The notes beneath the pieces were generated by a model. It ran no database searches. It saw only the letters and a program-made list of their open reading frames with translations, and was not told the DNA's origin. Made by a program: the position numbers and the translations under genes. From contig NIVC01000435.1 in assembly GCA_002269645.1 (NCBI GenBank), forward strand, positions 62,001 through 126,000: DNA of 64,000 nucleotides, written 5' to 3'. Below are positions 11,455-24,200 of this stretch, in pieces (within the stretch, counting starts at the first letter, position 1; every line of letters begins with the position of its first letter). This DNA is from Macrostomum lignano (taxonomy: Eukaryota).

Positions 11455-14400
11455 TCAAAACATGAAAAAGGCCAGCGCTAGACAAGCCAGCAAAGCCACC
11501 GAGCAAATCAGCAGAATCCACTGCCAGTCCGGTGGCAGCTGGCTCAGCCGGAATCTCAGCAGCATCCGCCTGCAGGACAGCGCAATCTCCTGACTACTAC
11601 TATCAGTAGCAGAGTCTAGCACTACAGGCGGCGCTGCCGGTTCGCATGGCAACGTGTGCGACGCTAAAATACGACCATCTTTTGCGTCGACAACAGTGAC
11701 GCGACTGTAGCCAATGGCAACAACAACAGTTAACTGGTTTCGATTGGACTTGACTTGCCAGCCAATCAAATACGGGCCGCTGTCGCCGTTGCCGTCCCAG
11801 CGCGACTCGGTGGCCACGCGCCAGCGAAGCTGATCGCCGATGCTCTTGAAAGTGAACCCACCGCCGATGCCGACGTGAGCCGATAAGATGCCGTCGCCGG
11901 ACAGGATGACAACAATGCGACTGGACTTGGGAAAACCTGGATTATTGGGAATTAGAAAAGAATTGAAATATAAAAAAATATTTTGAGTCCCACAGTTTAC
12001 TGAAGCCACCTGTTCATAAACTGAAGCGTCTTCTTGTGAAACTAAGTAAAGCTGTTTTTTGAAAAGTTATTTGAAAAATAGAAACTGTTTCTTGGAAACA
12101 AACTAGAAGCTGTTTCTTGGAAAAAAAACTAGAACTGTTTCTTGGAAACAAACTAGAAGCTGCTTCTTGGAAACAAACTAGAAGCTGCTTCTTGGAAACA
12201 AACTAGAAGCTGCTTCTTGGAAACAAACTAGAAGCTGCTTCTTGGAAACAAACTAGAAGCTGCTTCTTGGAAACAAACTAGAAGCTGCTTCTTGGAAACA
12301 AACTAGAAGCTGCTTCTTGGAAACAAACTAGAAGCTGCTTCTTGGAAACAAACTAGAAGCTGCTTCTTGGTAACAAACTAGAAGCTGCTTCTTGGAAACA
12401 AACTAGAAGCTGCTTCTTGGAAACAAACTAGAAGCTGCTTCTTGGAAACAAACTAGAAGCTGCTTCTTGGAAACAAACTAGAAGCTGCTTCTTGGAAACA
12501 AACTAGAAGCTGCTTCTTGGAAACAAACTAGAAGCTGCTTCTTGGAAACAAACTAGAAGCTGCTTCTTGGAAACAAACTAGAAGCTGCTTCTTGGAAACA
12601 AACTAGAAGCTGCTTCTTGGAAACAAACTAGAAGCTGCTTCTTGGAAACAAACTAGAAGCTGCTTCTTGGAAACAAACTAGAAGCTGCTTCTTGGAAACA
12701 AACTAGAAGCTAGTTCGTGGAAACTCGAAGCACTTTCGTGGAAACAACACTAAATCTGTTTCTTGGAAAAAAACAAGAAGCTGTTTCTTGGAAAAAAAAC
12801 TAGAAGCTGCTTCTTGGAAACAAACTAGAAGCTGCTTCTTGGAAACAAACTAGAAGCTAGTTCGTGGAAACTCGAGGCACTTTCGTGGAAACAACACTAA
12901 ATCTGTTTCTTGGGAAAAAACTAGAAGCTGTTTCTTGGAAATAAACTAGCTGTTTCTTGGAAACAAACTAGCTGTTTCTTGGAAACAAACTAGAAGCTAG
13001 TTCGTGGAAACTCGAAGCACTTTCGTGGAAAAAACACTAAATCTGTTTCTTGGAAACGATCTCGATGCTATTCTTAGAAACAACACCAGAACTGTTTCTT
13101 GGTAACTCGAAGCCGTTATGTAAAAACAGCACCAAAGCCGTTTCTTGGAATCTATTCCGAACTCGTGCGAAAATCTTGCGATAGTCTTTCTTGGATAATG
13201 TCCTGACTAACCTCTTCAAAAATCATCTCAAATCTTTGCCGTAAAACAATATTCTCTCACCAAGCAGGTGTCCCAGCAAGTCTCTCCAACCGCCCTGCTG
13301 TCCCGGCGGTGTCGGCAGCAGCAGAGGCACCGCCGGCGTCAAAAAAGAGGTCGTCGACTCCTCAACCGATTCGCACAGATTCTCAAACCGACGCACCCTA
13401 TCGGGCCGATCTTCAACGCTGGCCGCCTCGGCTGTGCAATTCGGTCCCAAGCCGACTCGAATAGCTCGGTCGTCTCGACTGTCAACAATGTCGTAGGCTC
13501 CCGGCCGGCCGTCGAGTAGAAGCCGGTGAAGCCTGACTCCGCTGCTCGGATCGTAGAGATCGATGGAGTCGCCAAGGCGAAGTGCCAACACGTTGCCATC
13601 GCGACGGTGACTGGCAGAGCTGGGAGCGCCCTGACTGTCAGAGCTGCTGGGACAGTGCAAGCAGGCTGAGAGCAGCTTGGCGTCCGAGTCGGAACGCCAG
13701 CTGAATGGCTGCAGTTTTGTTCAATTTGCTCAAATAACTTTAGCAGTTTAATTTGCTCGCATTTCTACTGTTAGTAGAGAAAATAGATTTTTTATTTTGG
13801 AGGACTATGCGACTGGCGTTTTATGATGTAAATTTCCGGGGATTAAGGGATGTGGCTATTGGGGGATTTAGGAATGTGACTGTCAGGGGATTATAGGATG
13901 TGACTGTCAGGGGATTGAGGGATGTGACTGTCAGGACATTGAGGGATGTGACTGTCAGAGGATTGAGGGATGCGACTATCAGGGGACTAAGGGATGTGAC
14001 TGTCAGAGGATTAAGGCATTAAGCTGTCAGGGGATTAAGGGATATGACTATTAGGGAATTTGGGATTAAGCTGTCAGGGGATCAAGGGATGTGACTATTA
14101 GGGGATTAAGGGATTTAGCTATCAGGGGATTAAGGGATTTAGCTATCAGGGGATTAAGGGATTTAGCTATCAGGGGATTTTGGAATTTGGATATTGATAG
14201 CTAATTATGGAATTTACTATTTAGCGGTAACTAGTGTAATGTTTTCAGGACTTGTTAATTAACTAGATTTTCTTTAGATATTGCCTTACACACTCAAATA
14301 CTGCATGTAATGCATGTAATAAGTAGGCTGTTTAGCAAACTTACCGTTATGGCCTGATAGACTGGCAGCACGGACTCAAATGAACGAGCATTGGCCAGCC

Positions 14401-16556
14401 GGCGAGTGAGCAGATGTCGGGCCCACTCCAGCTTCCAGTGGTGGCTCACGCCGCTCTTGTCGTGACCCTGCGATTTTTCATTGCGGTGAACAGACGGTGA
14501 GAATCGATGTTTTTTAAAAGACGCGATCCAGTCATCCTTGATGTGACCGCTGGGTGACTCTCGACTATGACATTATGAGTGCCCCTACACTGTGACTACT
14601 GGAGTGACCCTACACAGTGACAACTGGAGTGACCCTACACTGACTACAGGAGTGACCCTACACTGTGACTACTGGAGTGACCCTACACTGTGACTACGGA
14701 GTGACCCTAAACTGTGACTACTGGAGTGACCCTACACTGTGACTACTGGAGTGACCCTACACTGTGACTAACTGGAGTGACCCTACACTGTGACTAGAGT
14801 GACCCTACACTGTGACTACAGAGTTACCCTACACTGTGACTACTGGAGTGACCCTACACTGTTACTACTGGAGTGACCCTACACTATGACTACAGAGTGA
14901 CCCTACACAGAGTGACCCCGGAGAAGCGCACACTAAACCAATGAAAAAACTCACTAAATCGTGTTGCTCAGCCGTAGAGGAACTGTGCGGATAATTCTGC
15001 CACACCAGCGAGCCATTGTTTAAATTGAATGCCAGTAAAACTGGCGGTAGCAAATCGGCTGCCGTTTGGTTTAAACTGCGTTGATTTTGAAAAGAATTGA
15101 ACAAATGCAGTATGCAGAAAAAATAGATTAACGCTCTAGTTTTTCTACTGTTAGTAGAAAAGCAAAAATATGTTGAATCAAGTAGAAAAAAAAATTAAAC
15201 GCTAATTTTTCTACTGTTAGTAGAAAAGCAAAAATATGTTGAATCAACTACAAACTCTTCAGAATAAAAAAACTTACTCAAATCCGATTGGTCCAGACTT
15301 ATCAACCAATCGATACGCGGCAACCATCAGCAAACAGGTGAACACCCTGGAGCCCTGCCGGCAGTGAGTCCTAATTATAGTCATAGATAGCGGCTTGGCT
15401 ACGTACGATGACAGTAGCATGGAATGCAAACTGGACAATGGATTCAGGCTATAAAGGTGCTTTAATTGGCCGCTGCGCTGTCCCAGCTCTTGGTTGTCAG
15501 ATAAAGAATACACATGCAGATGGCCACTGGATGACTGGGCAACAACGAACTGAAAGCAGGGCAAAAATTATTGAGTTGATTACTGGGTAAACAGAATACA
15601 CTCACAATAGCACAGGGAATTGTACATCTGAGGAGAATTAATACCCCTTGAGCATTATAGAACAAGGAACATAACGCAACCCACCAACTGTTTTCCAACA
15701 GTTGCAGTCTCAAGCGCCAATGGCATTCTTCCCATTCCAGCATCCGCTCCTATGTCAGGCAGCTGGGCCAGCACTCGATGCGGCCAGCTAGCCAGGGTTC
15801 TAAGCGACGTCTTCAGCGGCTGCTGATCAAGGCCAACTAGCCAGCCGTCTCCAGCGTGGCTGATCCAAGCCATCTCATTCAGCTCCGGCTGCTTGCCATG
15901 CTCACCTGTAAATGGGAAACGATTTTTCTACAGAATGTTAGATTTTTCTAGGTTAATGCGGGCGACATTTTTCGGGCGATGTGAGAGTTTTATCTAGTCA
16001 AATTTTTATTCGTCTACTTTTCTCAGTAGTCTAAATTGAATCTTTTACATAGAGATTGAAAGAGAGGTGGCCCTTACAAGGGCCGTTTTTCGCCGTTAAA
16101 TAAGCTGCGATCGGCAATTCAAGGATTAAAAAAGTAATTAAGCTCTTTTAGAGGACTGATTATTCTAAATGCCAAGATTCGTTTGCTTTTTTCCTTAGGT
16201 TTTGCCAAAAATAATTAATTAGAACTTACAAATTATTTACCTTTAAGCTTATTCGCACTATTAAATTGAGCAGGCACCGGAGTCAATAGAAACTGCTTAG
16301 CAACAAAATCTGCATTGGCTTCACCATCAAGATCGAAATAGGCTGTGGGCACCAGCTCCCAGTCAGACTGATGCTCACTAGCTAAACGATATGCAAATGC
16401 AGCAAATAATATGCAGGCAATTTGTAATTTTGACAAATAGCTGCGTTTTGCTGGCTGACTCTGCTGGCGCTGGGTGGCCTGTGTTGGCATTGATGACAGT
16501 CGCTGCTGATGCCTTGACCTTCTATTAGATCCCTGCTGCTGGTGCACAGTTTCCAT
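11455..16556 (-). CDS. FG-GAP/beta-propeller membrane protein of the plant NERD1 (At3g51050)-like family, ~660 aa; complement(join(11455..11936,13261..13708,14345..14467,14955..15075,15278..15549,15685..15905,16241..16556))
   Basis: All six introns are GT-AG with consistent phases (1,0,2,0,0,1); total 1983 nt. N-terminal hydrophobic stretch and C-terminal TM helix. Motifs collinear with recalled At3g51050: RVLAQLPD...GRMPLAL, PFSWRSDSD, NVLALRLGDSIDLYDPSSG, WRVATESRW, GRILASHTLPCEP. Exon structure is well supported; the family call is from memory. Confidence 0.8.
12080..13150. repeat. 25-bp minisatellite (TTCTTGGAAACAAACTAGAAGCTGC) in intron 6 of the NERD1-like gene
   Basis: Period 25 (12181/12206). 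Near-perfect core ~12150-12710, degenerate flanks. Confidence 0.97.
13838..14190. repeat. ~24-bp degenerate minisatellite (GGGATTAAGGGATGTGACTGTCAG) in intron 5
   Basis: Period ~24 visible. Confidence 0.9.
14575..14920. repeat. 25-bp minisatellite (GGAGTGACCCTACACTGTGACTACT) in intron 4
   Basis: Period 25 (14701/14726/14751). Confidence 0.95.
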
Positions 16557-18239
16557 AAGAACACATGAAAAAGTTAACAGCATAGAGAATACATGAAATA
16601 GCTGTCAATAAAGACAGAAGACTGCAAGCAAATTTATTGATAGATCTAATACTTAAGGATTGTTAGGTAAACAAAAATGTTTGTTCCTGTTATCCTGTGC
16701 AACTATGCACTTGAAATAAAAGTTTACCTAAGTTATAAAAAATTTATGCATATGCTTTTTAGATTTACTCTAATAGGGGATCTACTTCTCTATCTTCTAT
16801 ACATATAAAAATGAAAACTGGTCAGGTTGGTAAAGACAGAAGTAGGCAGAAGTTGGGGTGGTTGGTTGTCTTGCTAAAAATGAAAAGTAGCTTTAAAAAG
16901 GCATAGTATTATTTAAGAATAACTTCAAGAAAGACTCAATTGCACTTTTATCACTTATTTCACTTTAGATAAAAAGAATTTAATTTAGGAAAATTAAAGA
17001 TAACCTATGATATTCTTTGTAGTCAGTTTAGAGCAGGCAGAAAATTGGATATCATTTAGTTAGGTTGTTTGGGAGTTCAAAGTAATGTAAGTTTATATAG
17101 ACATATATAGTCAGTGTATTTATATATGTATCTATAGATCTATAGATTATACAAAGATTATATATAATATTCATAGAATAGGCCTATAATCCACTTCAGT
17201 AATAGCCATTTTGGTAACAAAGCAGATTTATAACTACTGATGCTATACTTTATGGTAATTAACTTAGGCAACTATTCCAGTTTAATAATTAACATTTTAA
17301 CTATTTTACTGCCAATTATAGTTTAAGTTTCTAGTTAAACTAAATTATAATTTGTTTTAATTTGTATATTAACTTTGTAAAAAAATTAAGGTGGCAAATG
17401 TAGCCACATATTCCAGAGTTTAAATTTCTACCAACTATAGAAGACTTTATTAGTTAAGAAACTTGATTTATTAGCTTGAATTTATAGACTTGACTGCGCG
17501 AGGGGAGGCAGGGTAAAGATGCAGCTTAGACAATCCTACCCAATTGGTTTTTGCTAGCAGAATAGGCATTAAGCATTCATTGGTTAGGGCTCATTATTTA
17601 TGTGTTTATAGCCAATCAGAAATGAGAAATTTTGCAAAATTCTATATGCAGGGGCAGGGTGACACAGAAAGAAATATGGAAAAAAACAACTAAAAATATT
17701 AGAAGTGCATGCACATGCAAATTGAACACTATTACACAAAGAACATTATGCAACTAAGCAAGTTGAAAATTGAAATTTTGAAGTAAGTAATTGTAAATGA
17801 AGACAAAAGTAAATTCTATAAAAGAAGTCACTAACTTAGATTTCTAAATCTAGGTACACAATATTTGGTCAATAGGATGTCTCAGCTTATACATACATCT
17901 GGCACACCTGGAAATTAAAATTAAAATATATGTAGATTAAAATATGCATAGCTTTCTGCATCAATCCAAATCTTAAAGTTTGCAAGAATGTAACTCAATT
18001 GTTTTTTGTTGTTCTTTCTATAAAGTTTGTTTGCAACATCTTTTTGAGCATATAAATTAATATATACTATTATTTCCACTTGTTACCAAAGTGGCTATTA
18101 CTGAAATGGCCAATTTGGTCAAAAGCAATTTTAAAATGCAAATAGTTAGTGTGTGACGTTGTTAGTTTAAGTAGCCCCGCCAAGGGCCATTTTAGCATAT
18201 GGTACCAATCTATAATATTGTTGGTTTCGTACTCTCAGA

Positions 18240-18441
18240 CAGTGGTGGATCCTGGGGGGGGGGGGGGGGGGCAAGGGGGCCATGGCCCCCCTCAGTTGCC
18301 TCGAAAAAAAATTCTGCTCTTGGTCCTTGGCCCCCTTCTACTCGTAAGTAAAGAAAGGGCTTAGGTCTTGGGGTGGGTTCCTACTTGGGGCAGTATGAAA
18401 AAATTTGGCCCCCCCTCAAGAAATTCCTGGATCCGCGCCTG
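18240..18441. mobile_element. hAT-type MITE, ~200 bp
   Basis: Ends CAGTGGTGGATCCTGG / (rc) CAGGCGCGGATCCAGG. 8-bp TSD ctctcaga/ctctcata (7/8). G-run and C-run subtermini. Confidence 0.75.
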
Positions 18442-19166
18442 CTCTCATATCTGCTTAAAGTAGTGTCCAAAGAATTTTAATCAGCTTACATACATTTGTA
18501 AAGCCTGCATACAGTGTGCGATCAATAATTTTTATGTTGTTTCTTTTCAACCAGCCAATAGAAAAGCTGCACATTAATTATGTTAAGTTCTCCTCCTTGC
18601 ATGCCCACCCCAGCCCACTCCTTACTAGTCTTGTCTGGCTAGGTACTTGGGGTTACTCCTACATCAAACCCTACCCTGCCCTTGCGCTGCTCTGCCTGCC
18701 TTTGGGCTCTCACTCCTTGTTTACTTGCCTTCTCTCTCCACCTCACTCCACCATGGCTCTAGCCACGCCTTAGCCATGCCACTTTTACTGTCTGTTTGAG
18801 CTCTCATTACAAGCACCACTACTGCACAATCATTGCCGTTGCTTTGTCACAATTGCCTCAAACTCATCAATCCACTCTGCCTTCTACCATCTAACTTATT
18901 GTTGTGTAGCTGCCAGCCAGTGCATCGTTTATGAATTCAACTAGTACCAAACCTAACTTTTCTCTCACTCATATGTCACAATAAACAAAATCTGCGGCCA
19001 TTGCTTGCATTAGTTGCCATTATTGCCAAGTGCTATGGCTAGGCCTACAAAATTGCCTCTACCATATTTGTCTTGTCAATTATTTTTCAAGGCCGCCACA
19101 TTATTGTCACAATGGGAGTGGTGTTGGGTGCTGCGCTGCTCACAGGACAATGGACAAGCAGAGTGG

Positions 19167-19334
19167 CACCCAACAGCAATAGGCTAGATGGGAATAAAGC
19201 TTAAAAAATCTCCCATCTAGCTGGTAAAAAGTTTGTCTGTTAAGCTTTTTCTTAACAGATTCTCAACTGATTTTTCCAGGCTAGACGGGAGATTTTTTAA
19301 GCTTTTTCCCCATCCAGCCTACTGCCATTGGGTG
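19167..19334. repeat. Foldback inverted repeat, ~60-bp arms (MITE-like)
   Basis: ccaacagcaataggctagatgggaataaagcttaaaaaatctcccatctag pairs with ctagacgggagattttttaagctttttccccatccagcctactgccattgg. No clear TSD. Confidence 0.8.
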
Positions 19335-20325
19335 GATGCATGCAAATTTGGCAACAAAAAAATTTGGTGACAGAGATTCACAATGGACTAATTCAGCGAA
19401 AGTGAATTCGGCGACAATCTAGGCAAATTCGGCGACACGTCTTTTTATAGCTAGCCTAAAGACAAGTTAAAGCAAATGAGGTGGGGGTGAAGAAAGAAAA
19501 TTAAACTTGGGGTTTGACTTGAAATTGGTCGGTTGCTGACACCATGAATGAGGTGGGGGTGGATAGCTGATGGTCACCTAGGGGTGATGGTGAGTCATCA
19601 TGCAGAATCATGCCATTTGCTACATTTGTTATATACATTAGCTATGTGCATTTTAACATTGGTTTACGTCGGTAAGATAAGAACCTATTTGCCAAAGTTA
19701 TTTACATGTTACAATTTATAAAAAAAATTAGAAAAAATAAAAATAATACATAACTAAGGCTAAGTACTAAATAGTATTTTAATTTCTCGATATAAATTGG
19801 CTTTGCCTATCACTAGAGTAGTTCTGTGCCTGTGCCACTACCACAGGGGCCGGCCTAGCGCTAGCGGGCAATTTCCTGTGGTGTGTGGTTGCAATGGTGC
19901 CTTCTTTCCTGTAAACCTTGACGCTCAAGTTTTAGACAAAAAATCACCCGACAAAACAAAAAGAGTTTACAAACAAAATCAACTATAAGCTAACTATAAA
20001 CTTTGAACAACGACGTAATTTTTTATTTAAATTGAATACATATAAGCATAAGCTGATAATTAAAACTTTTTAAATTAGTTCGTCGTCATCTCAACGTGTC
20101 ATTTATTATTTCATCAGTCCATCCATATTATCGTTCGACGATAAATAAACTTTCATATGAGTTTTCTGACACACTAATAACACCTTACCCATTACTACGA
20201 GTGCCGTCTCCTTTTATAGTCATTACTTATCATCTCAATTGCTAACTTTTTTATCCTTGTAACCAGACAAAACCTTTCGTACTTTCTTATTTGGCTTATT
20301 TATAAATAAATCAGACAAGAGATCC

Positions 20326-23300
20326 ATGAAGTATCCTATTGCAATACTTATCATATTTTGTGTTTGTCCAGAGTTTGGACATGCAAACAGAAGAGTGCTT
20401 TTATCAACTGTTCAGACTTTGACGCTTCACCGTGACAAATTTACTACTGGTCGACGAAGCAGTCCAATTCCACAGCTAAAATGCATTGATGGCAAAAGCA
20501 GCTGTTCAAATCTTCCATCTTCTGTTCAATGTTACAACCAAGGATCAGATGGAATTGATGTTCAGTGGAAGTGTGAAGCTCAGCTGCCTAAGAGCACCCA
20601 ATTTGATAAACTTCAGGTAGGCCTCTATCACCTGCATTCTGTAACAAATAAAAAAATTACATTTTACAATTGTAGAATATAGGCCTATTTCACAATTTTG
20701 TTTGAGCTTAATAAGGTGTAAGCCATGGTTCAAAATAAGTTTGAGTTAGTTGATTTAACATGACATACATTAAAAATAAAGCTAAATCTATACAAGATAC
20801 AAAAAGATAAAAAAGATGGCAATCCTTTAGTTTACAACCACTGTCTATTTTGTTAGTTTTGGTTTATGATCACCTTCTATTTTTCAAGTTTTGGTTTACG
20901 ATCACCTTATATTTTGCTTACTGCAGTGCAAAAATGGTGTGTTCAAAACTAAGATATAAAAACCAATGATAGTTTCAAATGAAAAGAAAACAAAAGTTGG
21001 CTGATCAACTAACTTTGTTTATTTGAAATTGAAAAGATTTGTACATCAGTTCACTAGTAGGGCCTAGCTTATATATATATATCACCTTTGGTTTACAATC
21101 ATCTAAAGCTGGCTATAGGAAAGCATGTCAACCCTAGCTTAGTATAATTAATCTTCAGCACCGCACCCCTTCACTTTTGGTTTACAATCACTTCCACACA
21201 TGCATTCCATTGAAATAATCATGAACCAAAGCTGGCTATAAGAAAGCATGTCAACCCTTAGTATACTTTCTTAAGGCCAGCTTTGGTTCACAATCATTTT
21301 AATGGGCAACATACATTTGGGTGATCATAAACCAAAGGTGAAATATATAGGCTACTGTAGTTCAAACTTGCAACTTGACAGTTGAAATTAGTTTGATAGG
21401 TTTTCCTACTGCCAGCTTCGGTTTGCAATCAATGGGTAACATACTTTTGGGTGATCGTAAACCAAAGGTTAAATATAAGGTGCTACAACTATCTTACCAT
21501 CTTTTGAAATAAACAAAGTCAGTTCGCCAATATTTGATTTTGTTTCATTGGAAACTATGGATTTTATGTCTTACAACTGTTTTTTGTGATAAACGTCACT
21601 GTTTGGGATGATTTTAAACCAAAGGAATGCCAAAAAGACAATGAATAGGTCTAGGCCTAGGTCTAAATGCTAAAGGATCAAAACAATAAGGCCTAGGCCT
21701 AGTGAAAAAGGGCAAAATCAAAAAAATTGGGGGCAAGTTTTTTGTAAACTTGTTTTTTAGCAATTTGAAAGCAATGAAGCTATAAAATAAATTTATTTGA
21801 GTTTTTAAAGGTTAGAAACATTTATAAAAGTTTAAATGTATTGACAAACATGTTTGCCAAACATGACAGGCTGATGCATTTGAATGTACTTAGAATTTGC
21901 CAAAACTCTGCTTCCTAATAAACAAATATCATTATTTCTTATTATTTCCAATTTACTACTTTGAGTATGCTTAATAGATTCTACTGTTTCTAGTTTAGTT
22001 TGCCTTAAATATAGAATATTTATGCTATAATAAATTTCTCGACATGTCAATAATATAAAGTGTATTGCCTTTTTATACAAGAATTGGTTCCAGAACTAAT
22101 CAGAAAGTGAAAAGTGCTCATTAGATCTTTTTAGACTTCAGTCTAAGAAATAGACTATAGAAGAAATAAACTACAAGCTTGTCTCTCCTCTCCCTTCTCT
22201 CCCTCCCTCTGGCCTTTGAGCTAAAAAAGTTTGCCAACCCCTGCTTTAACTCAATATAGGCAAGTGCATTCTGGAGTTGGTAAAGCAGGGTGCAGATGCT
22301 AATTAAGTGGGTCTGTTTGTACACATAGAAAACCAAAGCCGATTTTTGCAGCTTCAAAAAAACAAAAATCTTGTAATTTTTCATTTTTAAGGCAAAAACG
22401 CTGGTTATTCTACTGATAGAAAGTAGATAAAGACATTTATCTAGTTATTCTGGTATCTGTTTTTACTAAGCTGTTTAACCTTGTAATTTGAGTGTCATAC
22501 AATTGATTGATTCATATTTTAAAGGATACAATTTTTGGAATTGCAAAATTTCTATTAACTGTCAATTTTTTACTTCATGCTCAATTTTACCTTAAAAATT
22601 CAGGTTCAGTGCGAGGGCTATGACTATCCTGATGACCCCTACATCCTAGCCGGCTCGTGCGGCCTCACCTACTCGCTGAAGCCAGCCGGCGGCAGCCGCA
22701 GTCATAAAAGCCGGTCTGGTCATAAGAGTCGCAGTCATCGCCAAGCTGCTAGCGATTCGGACAAATCTGTCTCGCCAGTCATTGTGATTGCTGTTCTGGC
22801 CATTGCTGGCTATTGCATCTATGCATTCTTCTTAGCACCGTCCGCTAACCGCGTGTCCAACGACCCCAGCGCTCCGCCGCCGCCAGCTTATGACGATTAT
22901 AATGATGGCGACCAGCCTCCGCCTTATACTCCGGGCGGTCCAGGTGCGCCGCAATACGGATTCCGGCCTGAGTTCACTGCCGGCGCTGGTAGCAGTCCGG
23001 GAGGCTATGGAAAAGTGAGTCATTAGAATAGGAAAATTAGCTCTCAGTATCGATTTTTTATGATTACTGTTTTTTAGTTTCGATTTTTAGGTTTATCGAT
23101 TTTCCGTATCGATTTTTTAGGATTATTGATTTTCCGTATCGATTTTTTAGGATTATTGATTTTCAGTATCCATTAATTTCGGAATATTGATTTTCAGTAT
23201 CGATTAATTGAGGATTATTGATTTTCAGTATCCATTAATTTCGGAATATTGATTTTCAGTATCGATTAATTGAGGATTATTGATTTTTAGTATCGATTTA

Positions 23301-23728
23301 TTTGGGATTTTTGATTTCAGTTTTGATTTTTAGGGATTGTTGATTTTTCAGTATCGATAAATTGGGATTATTAATGGTGATCACTGATCCTGAGAGTTAT
23401 ACTCGATGATGACGCTATACTTAAAACTTCAAACGCACTCACTCAGGCTTACCAGCGTCGCGCCTATCAGCAGAATCAAGCTCAACCTGATGATAACAGC
23501 AGCAGCGGCCCGGGATTCTGGTCCGGAGCAGCCATTGGCGGCCTTGCCGGCTACCTGTTCGGCAACAGCAACAGTCAGAGAGCCGAGCCGTGCGGCTATT
23601 ACGGCAGCAGCGAGCCCTGCGGCGGTGGCGCGTCCTACTCTCGGCATTCGTCTACTTCTTCGTCTGCCTCATCTGTGGACACTGCGCCAACAACGGCTAC
23701 TGGCTACTCGTCTACCGGGAGACGATAG
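20326..23728 (+). CDS. SARAF: Store-operated calcium entry-associated regulatory factor (TMEM66), 327 aa; join(20326..20616,22604..23014,23447..23728)
   Basis: Signal peptide; VLLSTVQTLTLHRDKFTTGRRSSPIPQLKC; VQCYNQGSDGIDVQWKC; CEGYDYPDDPYILAGSCGL; a TM helix; PGFWSGAAIGGLAGYLFG; C-terminal TATGYSSTGRR. Both introns are phase 0, GT-AG. Confidence 0.95.
20818..21631. mobile_element. Degenerate ~800-bp foldback element in SARAF intron 1
   Basis: ~20970-21040 is the reverse complement of ~21490-21560. Repeated tggtttac/atgatcacc motifs on the left mirror ggtgatc(a/g)taaacca motifs on the right. Outer ends ggcaatccttt / aaaggaatgcc. Confidence 0.6.
23060..23370. repeat. ~30-bp degenerate minisatellite in SARAF intron 2
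   Basis: TTTCCGTATCGATTTTTTAGGATTATTGAT, period 30 (23101/23131). Confidence 0.85.
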
Positions 23729-23869
23729 ATAAAAATCTGGCTGGACAGACCCATCTGACACTTGGGATTTATAGTGACCGGTTCTTGGGATTTTGTTCCT
23801 TCTTTTAAACCGATTTGAAGCTCATTTCTTCCTGCGTGGTATTTCAACATCTTAAGTTAAGAAATTTTT

Positions 23870-24200
23870 CCTGGAAATCTCATAATGTGACTCCTATTTG
23901 GGGAAGATTCATAGAAATCCCATGTATGGAGGATTCCTGGAAATCTCATATAGAGAAGGTTCATAGAAATCCCATATAGAGAAGATTCCTGGAAATCCCA
24001 TATAGGGAAGATTCCTGGAAATCCCATATAGGGAAGATTCCTGGAAATCCCATATAGGGAAGATTCCTGGAAATCCCATATAGGGAAGAATCCTGGAAAT
24101 CCCATATAGGGAAGATTCCTGGAAATCCCATTTAGGGAAGATTCCTGGAAATCCCATATAGGGAAGATTCCTGGAAATCCCATATAGGGAAGATTCCTGG
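23870..24200. repeat. 26-bp minisatellite (TCCTGGAAATCCCATATAGGGAAGAT)
   Basis: Period 26 (24001/24027), downstream of the SARAF stop. Confidence 0.95.

Noticed and set aside
14575-14920. Repeated CACTGTG (RAG RSS heptamer) in the 25-bp array
   Set aside because: No nonamer at 12/23 spacing; it is a chance part of the unit.
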